Notes: generated by a model from the letters alone, not told the origin. A DNA stretch of 64,000 nt from an uncultured Candidatus Saccharibacteria bacterium (GCA_964638875.1 CAZXBL010000001.1:489-64488); one strand, 5' to 3'; shown: positions 17,228 through 27,200, counted from the first letter of the stretch. Numbers and translations are program-made.

Positions 17228-18733
17228 ATGACCGTTGCAGTCGAATCAGAACAAACAATATTCACAGGGTTCCACACGCTAAATCTTGATGCTGAGCCAA
17301 TAGTAAAGCTTCCTGAATCTGCAGATATCCTTCCTGAGCTTGAAATTAACAGACTGCTCACAGAAGTCGAACACATAGCAAGCGCCTTAAGTGAGTCCGC
17401 TGATGTTCCTGAAGTAATAAGACAAGATGTTACAGTCAATCTCAAGACTTCGCTGGCTGAATTATCGATGCCGTACGCTGTTACTCAGACGGCACATAAA
17501 ATTGAAAGATTGTGGAGTGCAGAAGAGCAACGTGAGATGCGAACCTTTCAGTGGCTTGGTCGTTGTGCAGTTGGCGTGGCGGAGAGCGGATACGACTTCC
17601 ATATCTCTGAGCCAGCCAGAAAACGAGTAGATGTCGAGGTTGAGGAAGCAAAACATGCACAAGAAACCCTAAAGCCTGGCAAGATGCAGTTTTTTGTGTC
17701 ACCGCGTATGTCCAGACAAGATGCACCAGAAGTAGTAGCTAAACAAGAGCATCTGCATGAAGAAGACTCTGTCAGGGCATCTTTTTTGGTCGTAGACAGT
17801 GAAGGTAACGAATCGCATCGAATTATGGAATCACTGCTTGTGAAAGATGTACCTCTCAAAGCCTGGGTTAATATGTTACGTGATCCGGGTAATATATTTG
17901 GCAAATCTATCGGTATCAATGATGAGGGCTCTGCGTTGTCAGTTATGGAGACGTTTCAGGAGCTTGAGCTGGATGAGGAACAAGCACCTGAAGGTCCGGT
18001 GACACTCATAGAGGCAGTAGTTCCATACATCGAAGATGATTTGCAGCGACTTAACGTCCAACTGCAACTTGGCGAGTTTAGAAAAGACCAACAACTATAC
18101 AAAGAAAGATCAGAGCAGTTTGCGACCGAATGGTACGACTTTGATCTGGAGCTTGCTCAGAGTTTACAAAAAGGTGTTACGACCGAAAGAGTGACTAAAT
18201 TTATTTCATCCATTGAATCTTCGTTAGCAGATAATGTTCGTGCAAATTTCGAGAGCTATCGTAATGAAGAGGGCTATGCTGCAACTCGGCACCTCATTGC
18301 ATTAACAGAAAAAGCTAAGCGAAATATCCTGGCAACAAAAGCGGGAATAGCGACGGGCAATGAGCACATACTTGAACAAGTAGATAAGCCAACAATTGAA
18401 GCGGTCCAGACAATCACTGAAAACTATGGCAACCCGGCGCTCGCAAAACAGATTGAAGACGTGGACCGATCCATAGTCAAACAAAGTGTTGAAACCAATG
18501 GTGGTTGTAGTGGTAGTGCCTGTGGCTTAGATGCTGTCAAAGAAGGCGCCGCAGATGCATACATTAATAAACTCGGGGGCGAAAAGGGCGATAAGGTTGC
18601 CAAAGACAAAGTTCGTACCTGTGAGTGTGGCGCAAAAAGCATCGTATACGTATATAACAACGCTAAAGTTATTAAACACTGCGAGTCTTGCAGGGAAACA
18701 GAAGTTACATACACAAAGCGCAAAGCCGCGTAA
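17228..18733 (+). CDS. Acidic hypothetical protein with C-terminal Cys4 zinc-ribbon-like cluster
   Basis: The ORF is 17189-18733, but a hairpin plus SD (GAGGGG) precede the second ATG at 17228, so that is the likely start. The C-terminus carries CSGSAC ... CECG ... CESC. Confidence 0.55.
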   Translation: MTVAVESEQTIFTGFHTLNLDAEPIVKLPESADILPELEINRLLTEVEHIASALSESADVPEVIRQDVTVNLKTSLAELSMPYAVTQTAHKIERLWSAEEQREMRTFQWLGRCAVGVAESGYDFHISEPARKRVDVEVEEAKHAQETLKPGKMQFFVSPRMSRQDAPEVVAKQEHLHEEDSVRASFLVVDSEGNESHRIMESLLVKDVPLKAWVNMLRDPGNIFGKSIGINDEGSALSVMETFQELELDEEQAPEGPVTLIEAVVPYIEDDLQRLNVQLQLGEFRKDQQLYKERSEQFATEWYDFDLELAQSLQKGVTTERVTKFISSIESSLADNVRANFESYRNEEGYAATRHLIALTEKAKRNILATKAGIATGNEHILEQVDKPTIEAVQTITENYGNPALAKQIEDVDRSIVKQSVETNGGCSGSACGLDAVKEGAADAYINKLGGEKGDKVAKDKVRTCECGAKSIVYVYNNAKVIKHCESCRETEVTYTKRKAA

Positions 18734-18742
18734 AATATAAGG

Positions 18743-19348
18743 GTGAAACCAAAAATTGGGATTTATCCGGCTGCTTTTGACCCAGTGCATAAAGGGCACT
18801 TGGCGTTTGCGCGTGCTGCCAAGGAGCGGTACGGGCTGGATAAGGTCTACTTCCTGATAGAGCCAAATCCCAAGCACAAGCAAGGCGTAAAGGCGTTTGA
18901 ACACCGTACTAACATGGTGCAGCTCGCCACAGCTAATGAATCAGACTTTGGCGTAATTATTCTGGATATCCAAGAATTTGATATAAGGCACGTCTGGCCA
19001 CGTATAACCTCGCGCTTCCTCGGGTCAGAGCTCTTTATGTTAATCGGTAACAATGCCGTTAAACGGCTCGCTGCATGGCCACACACTACAGAATTTGGTA
19101 AACAAGCACCGACATTTGTTGTCGCCAAGCGTCACAGTGTAAAGACGGATGTTAAAAAATCACTCGAAACTCTACTGAAAACTAAGAAGTTGGACCTTCC
19201 GTACAAAATCCTAGAAGCAGACTATCAAACGTATAGTTCGCCAAATATTCGCATGCAGATAAAGCAGAGAGAACACCCCGAAGCACTACCACATAAAGTT
19301 TACGAATATATTCTCCGGAACAAGCTTTACATATCTGGAGCAGACTGA
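18743..19348 (+). CDS. nadD: Nicotinate/nicotinamide-nucleotide adenylyltransferase
   Basis: IGIYPAAFDPVHKGH nucleotidyltransferase (H/T)xGH motif; ~200 aa. Confidence 0.8.
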   Translation: MKPKIGIYPAAFDPVHKGHLAFARAAKERYGLDKVYFLIEPNPKHKQGVKAFEHRTNMVQLATANESDFGVIILDIQEFDIRHVWPRITSRFLGSELFMLIGNNAVKRLAAWPHTTEFGKQAPTFVVAKRHSVKTDVKKSLETLLKTKKLDLPYKILEADYQTYSSPNIRMQIKQREHPEALPHKVYEYILRNKLYISGAD

Positions 19349-21084
19349 GAAAAATGTGATTCCAGGTAAGCCATGTGCCTTTCCTTGAACAACTCAAATT
19401 GTTCCTTATCGACGCCAGTACGCTTGAGGAACGCGCTAACTTTCTCACTACCAATGTAGTGCGGAATCATGACGTAGGTCGCGCCCAGTTCATACAGCTG
19501 AATTGCTTCTTCCTGATTGACAGCGTGGCAAATAACCACTGCCTTGTCATTTAATTTGGCAATCGATGCGATCAATTGCTCGGTAATAGTGAAGTCAGTA
19601 AAGGTGCTGACGATTAACTTGGCATGTTCCACACCAATTTCATCAAGGAGCTCTGGGTCAGTGGCGTCGCCGTACATAAATGGTACATCTTGGCGCTCTA
19701 GCGTTTCAATAACACTAGGATCGTAATCAACCACAATGAAACGTTGCTTCATGTTCTGGAAGGTTGTAATAAATTGGTGACCACCCTTGTGGTAACCGAA
19801 CAGGATGAATGGGTAGCTCTTGCGACGGACGTGCTCTTTATAAACGGTTTGACGTTCGAATAATGTAAGTTTCATTTTATCGAACAATAGGAACAGCTTT
19901 TCATCGTAGTGCATAAGATAGGTCGAAATTGCGATCGTAATCATCGCAACTAGCGTAACAATGGCACTTACTTCCGGACGGACCATGCCGGCAGACACGG
20001 CTAACACCGCCATAATGATAGAGAATTCACTAATCTGGGATAAGTTAATCCCCGCCTTGAAACTAACCCGTTTTGTGTAGCCAAGCAGTCCAAGAGATAA
20101 GGTGATAATCGTTGGTTTTACCACCATTACTACGGCAGACAAAATCAGTGCGGGCACAATAACGGATCCGAGGTTCTGCAGGTCCAAGCTTTCACCCAGG
20201 GTGATAAAGAATACAACTACAAAGAAATCTCGGAGGGGTTTTAGGCGGGCAGTAATTTCCTGTGCGTAGGCAACTGAGCCCAGCGCAACACCTGCAAACA
20301 GGGCACCGACTTCCAGTGAAAAGCCTGCAAGTTCGAACAAGGTACCTACACCGAATCCCCAAGATAGTGCGAATAGGAATAGTAGTTCCTGTGATGAAGC
20401 CATAAATCGGGTAATCTTGCCAAGAAGTTTCAGGTTTGCAAAAATCAAAAATGCCATCAGTGCGAGGCCCTTCAGGACCAATAGGAGCAACTGGTCTACC
20501 TCCAAACCACCGTTTTTGCCAGCTGCAATTGCCAGTAAGGCGAGGGTAGCAATCAAGTCATCAAACAAGATAATACCGATCGCCAGCTGACCATGTAGAC
20601 GGTTCTGCTCCTTACGGTCACTCAGGATTTTAACGATAATAATGGTACTACTAAAGAACAGCGCAAACCCAATGACCAGGGCTTCAGCGCGTAAGTAACC
20701 CAATAGGGATGCGACGGTAAACCCAACAGAAACCATGGTAATCAGAGCAACAACTGCGGCAATAAGGACTGATTTCCCCTGTTTACGCAGTTCGGACACA
20801 TTCATGCCCAGACCAATAATGAACAGCAACAAAGCAATGCCCATATGAGAGAAGGTTTCGAACATCTCCTGGTTACCTTGGCTGATAATGCCAAGCAGTG
20901 ACGGGCCAACGATCAGCCCAGCCAGAATATAGCCGAGTATCAGAGGCTGTTTAATCAGCTTCATGATCAGTGCCATGACAGCAGCGATACCAATGGCAAC
21001 ACTTAATTCGGCAAATACACTACCACCGAGTAGTTCGGCTGCGCTGGAAGATTCTACAAATGATGCGAGTATGTTTGTGATCAT
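19327..21084 (-). CDS. Monovalent cation:proton antiporter (CPA2/Kef-type) with C-terminal RCK/TrkA-N domain
   Basis: About 12 TM helices followed by a Rossmann-type RCK domain (ILFGYHKGG...VVDYD). Confidence 0.85.
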   Translation of the reverse strand: MITNILASFVESSSAAELLGGSVFAELSVAIGIAAVMALIMKLIKQPLILGYILAGLIVGPSLLGIISQGNQEMFETFSHMGIALLLFIIGLGMNVSELRKQGKSVLIAAVVALITMVSVGFTVASLLGYLRAEALVIGFALFFSSTIIIVKILSDRKEQNRLHGQLAIGIILFDDLIATLALLAIAAGKNGGLEVDQLLLLVLKGLALMAFLIFANLKLLGKITRFMASSQELLFLFALSWGFGVGTLFELAGFSLEVGALFAGVALGSVAYAQEITARLKPLRDFFVVVFFITLGESLDLQNLGSVIVPALILSAVVMVVKPTIITLSLGLLGYTKRVSFKAGINLSQISEFSIIMAVLAVSAGMVRPEVSAIVTLVAMITIAISTYLMHYDEKLFLLFDKMKLTLFERQTVYKEHVRRKSYPFILFGYHKGGHQFITTFQNMKQRFIVVDYDPSVIETLERQDVPFMYGDATDPELLDEIGVEHAKLIVSTFTDFTITEQLIASIAKLNDKAVVICHAVNQEEAIQLYELGATYVMIPHYIGSEKVSAFLKRTGVDKEQFELFKERHMAYLESHFSQSAPDM

Positions 21085-21344
21085 CGGACTTCGTCCTCTG
21101 GCAGCACTCTATTAATAAGTTTAGGATCAATCATGTTCGTTTTTGGTTGTTGTTCAGATATATTATATGCTAAAGCGTAAGCATTTGGTATCCTTCAGCT
21201 TTTCTAGTACCAAATCTCGCAGTTTTCTTGCGCTTTTTCTAGCTTCGAGGTAAATGTTTACCCCTCAGCCAGAGAAAAGCACTATAAATTCCACGATATT
21301 CGGTCTAGAATAAGCATAAGTACACCAAAGGCTTACTAGCAATT

Positions 21345-21905
21345 ATGCAAAACCCACTTGAACCGCTAAAACCACTCAATCCTCTGAACTTGCTGACACC
21401 GCACCAAGAGGCAGTCCAAGGCCGCCGTAAAGCCATCAAGAGCTTCAAAGCAAAAGCAGATGCCAAACGCACTCCAAGTGAGAAATTTGCCGACTTACTG
21501 ACTATCAAATTCGGCACGGTAATGTTCCTTGTTCTGAACGTTATTTGGTTTGTTGCCTGGATCCTGATTAATACCAACATGATTCCGGCTATTGAACCGT
21601 TTGACCCGTTCCCATTCGGGCTGTTAACCATGATAGTGTCGCTTGAGGCAATCATGTTGGCAATAATTGTACTGATTTCCCAAAATCGGGAAGCGCACGT
21701 CAGCGAGCTACGTGAAGAGATAGAATTGCAGCTAAACACTGTAGTAGAAGGCGAAGTCACCAAATTGATTAGCCTCATGGCCATACTTCTTGAGAAACAA
21801 GGTGTAAAAATTGACGACCCAGAACTGAAAAAAATGCTCAAACCAATCGATAGTGCGGAAATGATTCGCCAGCTAGAAGTCGAGCTCGATCCAAAGTCCC
21901 ATTAG
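21345..21905 (+). CDS. DUF1003-like membrane protein
   Basis: Charged N-terminus followed by two TM helices (FLVLNVIWFVAWILINT, LLTMIVSLEAIMLAIIVLISQNR). The opposite-strand ORF 21305-21841 is a shadow. Confidence 0.5.
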   Translation: MQNPLEPLKPLNPLNLLTPHQEAVQGRRKAIKSFKAKADAKRTPSEKFADLLTIKFGTVMFLVLNVIWFVAWILINTNMIPAIEPFDPFPFGLLTMIVSLEAIMLAIIVLISQNREAHVSELREEIELQLNTVVEGEVTKLISLMAILLEKQGVKIDDPELKKMLKPIDSAEMIRQLEVELDPKSH

Positions 21906-21951
21906 GAGTAGATCTATTGTAAATTAAGCTAAAGCATGTTATAATAGGTGT

Positions 21952-22281
21952 ATGACCACACACTCAGGTTTCGTACCGCGTAAAACATTTGAAATCATAC
22001 TTGAGAATGCTGTTATACCAACATTTGATCTAATTATTGATGTTCCAGAAAAAGGTGTACTAATTGCCCGTCGAAAGATCGAGCCTTATGCTGGCAAGTG
22101 GGCGTTACCTGGCCTCCGTATGTACAAAGGGGAGACCATCAACGATACTCTGGGCAGAATTGCCGAAGATGAAGCAGGAATCTCCGTCAACCTGGAGCAA
22201 GCTCGTCTGGTGGGCCAGTTTGTCGGCAAATTTACTACTGAGCACAACCGCCAAGACCTCTCAACCTGCTATGCGTACTGA
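21952..22281 (+). CDS. Nudix hydrolase, probably interrupted by a frameshift (the C-terminal part continues in the +1 frame to 22408)
   Basis: Nudix box G(X5)E(X7)REUXEEXGU, as in GETINDTLGRIAEDEAGI. Only ~37 aa follow the box before the stop. The overlapping ORF 22064-22408 would supply the missing C-terminal ~45 aa. Confidence 0.55.
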   Translation: MTTHSGFVPRKTFEIILENAVIPTFDLIIDVPEKGVLIARRKIEPYAGKWALPGLRMYKGETINDTLGRIAEDEAGISVNLEQARLVGQFVGKFTTEHNRQDLSTCYAY

Positions 22282-22851
22282 AGCTTTACAACTTAACGCT
22301 GATCACTTCACGGGCCATCGTTTCATTCAGTCCGTTGACGAAATTCCTGTCGCAACTGGTGGGATGTATAGGCATTATTTAAATGATTACTTTAACTGGG
22401 CCAAGTAAACAGTTTTTGTTTGACAAAACGGTTGTGTTAATGAGACAATGCGCTCACTTCAAAGAGTAACTCGGTTACTTAGCGAACACAAAAACAACAA
22501 AAAACAAAATATGCTGTGTACTTTCGTGGAGTTAGTGTGCAGTGTTGGGGGTTTTAGGGTAATGCCAGTAAAAATAAAAGTAATGAATTCCAGGGGAACA
22601 CGCGTGGAAGTTAAAGTACGACGTCCCAGTTGGCAGCAGTTTTTACACTACTAGCTGAACAACATGTCACATTAGCCTGCTCACGAGCGGAGCTCGCGAC
22701 CCGCTAATGCTCTTGGCGCAACAACCGATTTTCTTTTCCGGTTCTCGCGCACCGTACTATATGTACGGCTTGCTGCGATCCTCAAAGAGAAATCGCTTCT
22801 TGCGCACAAGCATGTCGCTCAGCACTGTCCATCTCGGGAAAAAATCTAAAT

Positions 22852-22886
22852 AAAAAGACCAGCATCTGCGAGAGCTGGTCTTTTTA
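22852..22886. terminator. Bidirectional rho-independent terminator
   Basis: GACCAGC-loop-GCTGGTC hairpin flanked by an A-run on one side and a T-run on the other. It follows the stop of the DsbA-like gene at 22900. Confidence 0.7.
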
Positions 22887-22899
22887 CTTACCGTAGAAG

Positions 22900-23547
22900 C
22901 TACTGGCTTTTTGCTTTGATCGCGTCCTCGATAACTTTATTGAAAGCATCGAGATCCTTAGGATTTTCTATCTTTTTGCCGTCGATATAGAACGAAGGAG
23001 TGGAGGTAACGCCCAGCTCTTTGCCCTTGCTGATGTCAGCATTGATAATACTGTTAGTAGCTTGGCTCTTTTGATCAGTAGTAAATTTGGCCACGTCTAG
23101 ACCCAGGCTTTCCGCGTATGATTTGAAAGTTGTGTCAGCCTGCCCGCTGGCGAGGCTTGTCCAGGCTTGCTGGTTTTGATACAACAAATTGTACATTTCC
23201 CAGAACTTGCCCTGATTACCGGCAGCCTCAGCGGTACGATGTGCCAACATTGCGTTCGGGTGAATCTGGGTTAGCGGGAAGTTAACAAACTGGAATTGAA
23301 TGTCATCTTTATATTTTTCGACGACCTGCTCAACGATAGGATAGTAACCACCGCAGGCAGGACATTGGAAGTCACCGTATTCTGTTAGGGTTACATTCTT
23401 TTTATTCTCGCCACGTGTGTGACTAGATGTTTGACCACCAGATTTATCGCCACTGTCAGGGGCAGATGCATCTTTTTTAGAAATGAATAATATTGCGCCA
23501 AAAACTACTACGCAGGCGATCAGTATAAAGCTAAACCGTGATTTCAT
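22900..23547 (-). CDS. Secreted DsbA-like thiol:disulfide oxidoreductase (thioredoxin fold)
   Basis: Signal-anchor N-terminus and CPAC active site (YGDFQCPACGGYY). Confidence 0.8.
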   Translation of the reverse strand: MKSRFSFILIACVVVFGAILFISKKDASAPDSGDKSGGQTSSHTRGENKKNVTLTEYGDFQCPACGGYYPIVEQVVEKYKDDIQFQFVNFPLTQIHPNAMLAHRTAEAAGNQGKFWEMYNLLYQNQQAWTSLASGQADTTFKSYAESLGLDVAKFTTDQKSQATNSIINADISKGKELGVTSTPSFYIDGKKIENPKDLDAFNKVIEDAIKAKSQ

Positions 23548-23623
23548 GTTACCTCTCTTGTTTGTCTGCTTATTGTATCAATACAGGAACACTCTTTCAA
23601 AACATCCGTAGCTGTTCTACACT

Positions 23624-24691
23624 TTGAGCATGACATTTATCGGTATATTACTACTGATTGCAACCACGCTCCTGATGATCAGCTTGCAACGCAGTTATGC
23701 GCACGTTCCTGCAAAAGAGTTAAAAAAGCGGGCGAGGGCTGGGGATGTAATAGCAGCCACATTATTCAGGGCAGCAGCATATGGCTCAAGCCTTCGAGCA
23801 TTACTATGGGCGTTGATTATCGGTTTTAGCTCGTGGCTATTCGTAATTTTGGCACACAGTACCGCTCCATGGTTTGGCATGTTAATTATTGCATCCGTAT
23901 TATGGTTTGGATATGTATGGCTGCCCACCCGTGAGGCAACCCGAATAGGTGTATGGGTTGCAGCACAGTTCGCGCCGCTGTTTGCAAAGGTGCTAGAGTA
24001 TTTGCACCCAATTTTTGGGAAAGTGCACGATTTTATCGCAAAACATCGACCGGTATCAGTCCACACTGGTTTATATGATAAGGATGACCTAAAAGAGCTA
24101 TCCGCGCACCAAAAAGTACAGTCAGATAACCGTGTTGATACCCAGACCTTAGAAATCGTTGAACACGCACTATCGTTCGGTGACAAAAAAGTCTCAGATA
24201 TATTGACACCTCGCCGTGTAGTCAAAAGCGTGGCTGCAACAGATGCGATCGGTCCAATCTTGATGGATGATCTTCACAAGAGCGGTCATTCGCGGTTCCC
24301 AGTTTATGAGGGCAGGCAAGATAATATTGTTGGTGTGCTATTCCTGCGTGTAGCAGTTAGGGCAAAGACAGGCGGTGTTATTACTAAGATCATGAATAGC
24401 CAGGTCTGCTACGTGCACGAGGACCAGCCATTAACAGAGGCGCTACACGCTATTTTAAAAACACATCAGCAGCTGTTTGTAGTGGTAAATAGCTTTGAGG
24501 AATATGTTGGTATTGTGACAATCGAAGATATTATGGAAGCCGTTGTGGGTAAACAAATAGTTGACGAGTTTGACGAGTACGAAGACCTCCGCGCTGTCGC
24601 AGCCAAAATGGCAGCCAAAGAGCACAAAGATCACGTAGTGAACGATTCCCCACACGAAAATATACAATCTGTTACAGAGGTGGTAGAATAG
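23624..24691 (+). CDS. DUF21/CNNM-type membrane protein with tandem CBS domains (CorC/HlyC-like)
   Basis: About 4 N-terminal TM helices followed by a CBS pair (ILTPRRVV ... VGIVTIEDIMEAVVG). Confidence 0.75.
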   Translation: MSMTFIGILLLIATTLLMISLQRSYAHVPAKELKKRARAGDVIAATLFRAAAYGSSLRALLWALIIGFSSWLFVILAHSTAPWFGMLIIASVLWFGYVWLPTREATRIGVWVAAQFAPLFAKVLEYLHPIFGKVHDFIAKHRPVSVHTGLYDKDDLKELSAHQKVQSDNRVDTQTLEIVEHALSFGDKKVSDILTPRRVVKSVAATDAIGPILMDDLHKSGHSRFPVYEGRQDNIVGVLFLRVAVRAKTGGVITKIMNSQVCYVHEDQPLTEALHAILKTHQQLFVVVNSFEEYVGIVTIEDIMEAVVGKQIVDEFDEYEDLRAVAAKMAAKEHKDHVVNDSPHENIQSVTEVVE

Positions 24692-24816
24692 ATTTAATGA
24701 AGTCTCAGGCGGATAGTAACAGTAATTTACGGGTCGGCAGCAACTAGCTGGCGATTTCTGTCTGCCCACGACCCCAATTTACAGCCTGAACTAACTAATA
24801 CTTAGGACCTAAAGAT

Positions 24817-26577
24817 ATGAGAACATTGGCGAAAGAATCAATCGACCAAATTGGAAAAGAAATAACTCTAAAAGGTTGGGTAGAGTCACGTCGCGACCAT
24901 GGCGGATTAATTTTTATTGATCTGCGCGACCACACTGACATAGTTCAATTAGTAATCCGACCAGATAATGCTGAGGCATTCGAGGTAGCAGAGCAGTTGC
25001 GTGACGAGTTCGTCATTAGCGCTACTGGTACCGTGTCGGAACGTGGTGAGGGGCTCAAGAACCCTAATATTCCAACAGGGGAAATTGAAGTAATACTTAA
25101 CATGTTAAGTATACTCAACAGGGCAGAACCTATGCCGATTCAGATGCGGGGTGATCAGATCAGTAGCGAAGAACAACGCCTGAAGTACCGTTTCCTTGAC
25201 CTCCGCCGTGACAAGATGCAGTCTATGCTCAAATCCCGCGCCAAGTATCACAGCTTTATGCGTAACTACATGGAGGAACATGAATTTACAGAAGTAACAA
25301 CACCAGTCTTGGCGAACAGTAGCCCGGAAGGTGCGCGTGACTTTTTGATCCCTTCTCGCCTCCACCCCGGCAAATTTTATGCGTTGCCACAGGCCCCACA
25401 GCAGTTCAAGCAACTGTTGATGGTTGGCGGAGTGCCACGCTACTATCAGCTAGCTACCTGTTTCCGTGATGAAGACCCCCGCGCAGACCGCCTGTATGGT
25501 GAATTCTATCAGTTGGATCTTGAGATGTCCTTTGTTGAAGATGGCGAAGAAGTCCGTTCCATGATGGAACCACTTATTAAACAGCTGGTAACTGATTTTG
25601 CTGACAAGAAACTCCTCAGTGATGAAGTCCCTCGTATTCCGTACCAAGAAGCCATGGACCGTTATGGTTCGGACAAACCTGACTTACGCTTTGGGATGGA
25701 ACTAATTGACCTCACTGAAGATCTAAAAGCCAGCGAATTTGGTGTGTTTAAGAATCCTATCGCATCCGGAGGGGCAGTAAAAGCTATCTGTGTCAAAGGT
25801 GCGAGCGAACTTTCTCGTTCACAGATTGATAGCTTTACTGAAATTGCTAAATCAGAAGGAGCAGGTGGCCTTGCCTACATTACTTATGAAAACGGCGAAG
25901 TTAAGTCCCCTATTGCCAAGTTCCTGAAGGACGAAGAACTCCAAGCTATCCAGTCTAAGATGGGTGCCACAGATGGTGACACCGTGTTCTTTGGTGCCGA
26001 TACGCGCGAAAAGGTGAACAAGGTTCTTGGACGTCTCCGCAGCGAGTTTGCTGATCATTTTGAGCTTAAGGATCCGAATGTTGTGGCACTAGCGTGGGTG
26101 GTAGATTTTCCATTCTACGAATGGGATGCCAGCGCCGATAAACTGGACTTCGGCCACAACCCGTTCTCCATGCCAAAAGGCGGCCTTGAGGCACTCCGAT
26201 CAGAAGACAAAGTTGGTATTTTGGCAGATCAATATGACATGGTAGCTAACGGCTACGAAATTTGTTCCGGTGGCGTCCGTAACCACAATCCGGAGGTGTT
26301 ATATGAGGCATTTGGCGTGTTAGGCTATGATCGTAACTATGTAGACTCGCGATTTGGCGGTATGATTAACGCTTTCAAATACGGCGCACCACCACACGCT
26401 GGTTGCGCCTTCGGCACAGACCGACTATTTATGGTGCTTATGAGTGAAGAAAATGTCCGTGAAGTCGTAGCCTTCCCCAAAAACGGCTCTGGTGTGGACC
26501 TCATGATGAACTCCCCCAGCCCCGTTGACCCCACTCAACTCGAAGAACTCAACGTCGAAACAACAGTCGAAGAATAA
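24817..26577 (+). CDS. aspS: Aspartate--tRNA ligase (bacterial type with GAD insertion)
   Basis: N-terminal OB fold, class II motifs (FRDED, GGG..R, GLDR), 586 aa. Confidence 0.95.
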   Translation: MRTLAKESIDQIGKEITLKGWVESRRDHGGLIFIDLRDHTDIVQLVIRPDNAEAFEVAEQLRDEFVISATGTVSERGEGLKNPNIPTGEIEVILNMLSILNRAEPMPIQMRGDQISSEEQRLKYRFLDLRRDKMQSMLKSRAKYHSFMRNYMEEHEFTEVTTPVLANSSPEGARDFLIPSRLHPGKFYALPQAPQQFKQLLMVGGVPRYYQLATCFRDEDPRADRLYGEFYQLDLEMSFVEDGEEVRSMMEPLIKQLVTDFADKKLLSDEVPRIPYQEAMDRYGSDKPDLRFGMELIDLTEDLKASEFGVFKNPIASGGAVKAICVKGASELSRSQIDSFTEIAKSEGAGGLAYITYENGEVKSPIAKFLKDEELQAIQSKMGATDGDTVFFGADTREKVNKVLGRLRSEFADHFELKDPNVVALAWVVDFPFYEWDASADKLDFGHNPFSMPKGGLEALRSEDKVGILADQYDMVANGYEICSGGVRNHNPEVLYEAFGVLGYDRNYVDSRFGGMINAFKYGAPPHAGCAFGTDRLFMVLMSEENVREVVAFPKNGSGVDLMMNSPSPVDPTQLEELNVETTVEE

Positions 26578-26578
26578 T

Positions 26579-27172
26579 ATGCAAGAAAAGATAGACAGCT
26601 TCAGGCAACACGTTACCGAGGCATCATCTAATCCTAACTTTGTACATCACATGTGGTTCATTAAGTGGCATTTAGAAATTGTGGAACGTATTGCTGAGGA
26701 GCTCCTTGTAAAATACCCTGATGCAGATAAGGATCTAGTTCGTGTGATGGTTTGGCTACACGACTACGGAAAGATATTGGACTTTGACCGCCAGTATGAA
26801 GTCACCTTATCTGAGGGCGCTAAGAAACTCCTTGAAATCGGCTTCGAAAACGAATTTGTGAAAAAGGCCGTAAGCAATATCGAAATACTTGATAAAAAGA
26901 TGGAGCTGGATATTGCTCAGACGTCTATCGAGGTTCAAATTGTATCCTCTGCCGACGGCTGTTCACACATAGTGGGTCCTTTTATGTATCTGTGGTGGTA
27001 TGAAAATGCAAATAAACCATTTGAGGAACTAATGAGTGGCAATCTGAGAAAACTGACCAAAGACTGGGATCGCAAAATCGTTTTACCTGAAGCTCGTGCC
27101 GCATTCAAAAAGTACCAGAATGTAACGGCAGTCCAAAATGGCGCCTTGCCAGAAAAATTTCTAGAAGCTTAA
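26579..27172 (+). CDS. HD-domain phosphohydrolase
   Basis: H...HD...D metal-binding pattern (WLHDYGK). The start is taken at ATG 26579, directly after the aspS stop, rather than the longer ORF at 26525. Confidence 0.65.
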   Translation: MQEKIDSFRQHVTEASSNPNFVHHMWFIKWHLEIVERIAEELLVKYPDADKDLVRVMVWLHDYGKILDFDRQYEVTLSEGAKKLLEIGFENEFVKKAVSNIEILDKKMELDIAQTSIEVQIVSSADGCSHIVGPFMYLWWYENANKPFEELMSGNLRKLTKDWDRKIVLPEARAAFKKYQNVTAVQNGALPEKFLEA

Positions 27173-27200
27173 GCTTTAGAACATGTACAATAAGTAATCT

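Noticed and set aside
21305-21841. 178-aa ORF on the minus strand
   Set aside because: It is entirely antisense to the DUF1003-like gene, which has TM helices and a sensible context. The Ser/Ile-rich low-complexity translation is typical of a shadow ORF.
22455-22850. RNase P RNA, tmRNA or SRP RNA in the large non-coding gap
   Set aside because: I could not find the diagnostic motifs (RNase P P4 AGGAAAGUCC / ACAGAACCCGGCUUA, tmRNA tRNA-like ends, SRP GGAAGCAGCCAAGGCAG). Only a short CGCGCACCG coincidence was seen. It is left as an unclassified ncRNA candidate.
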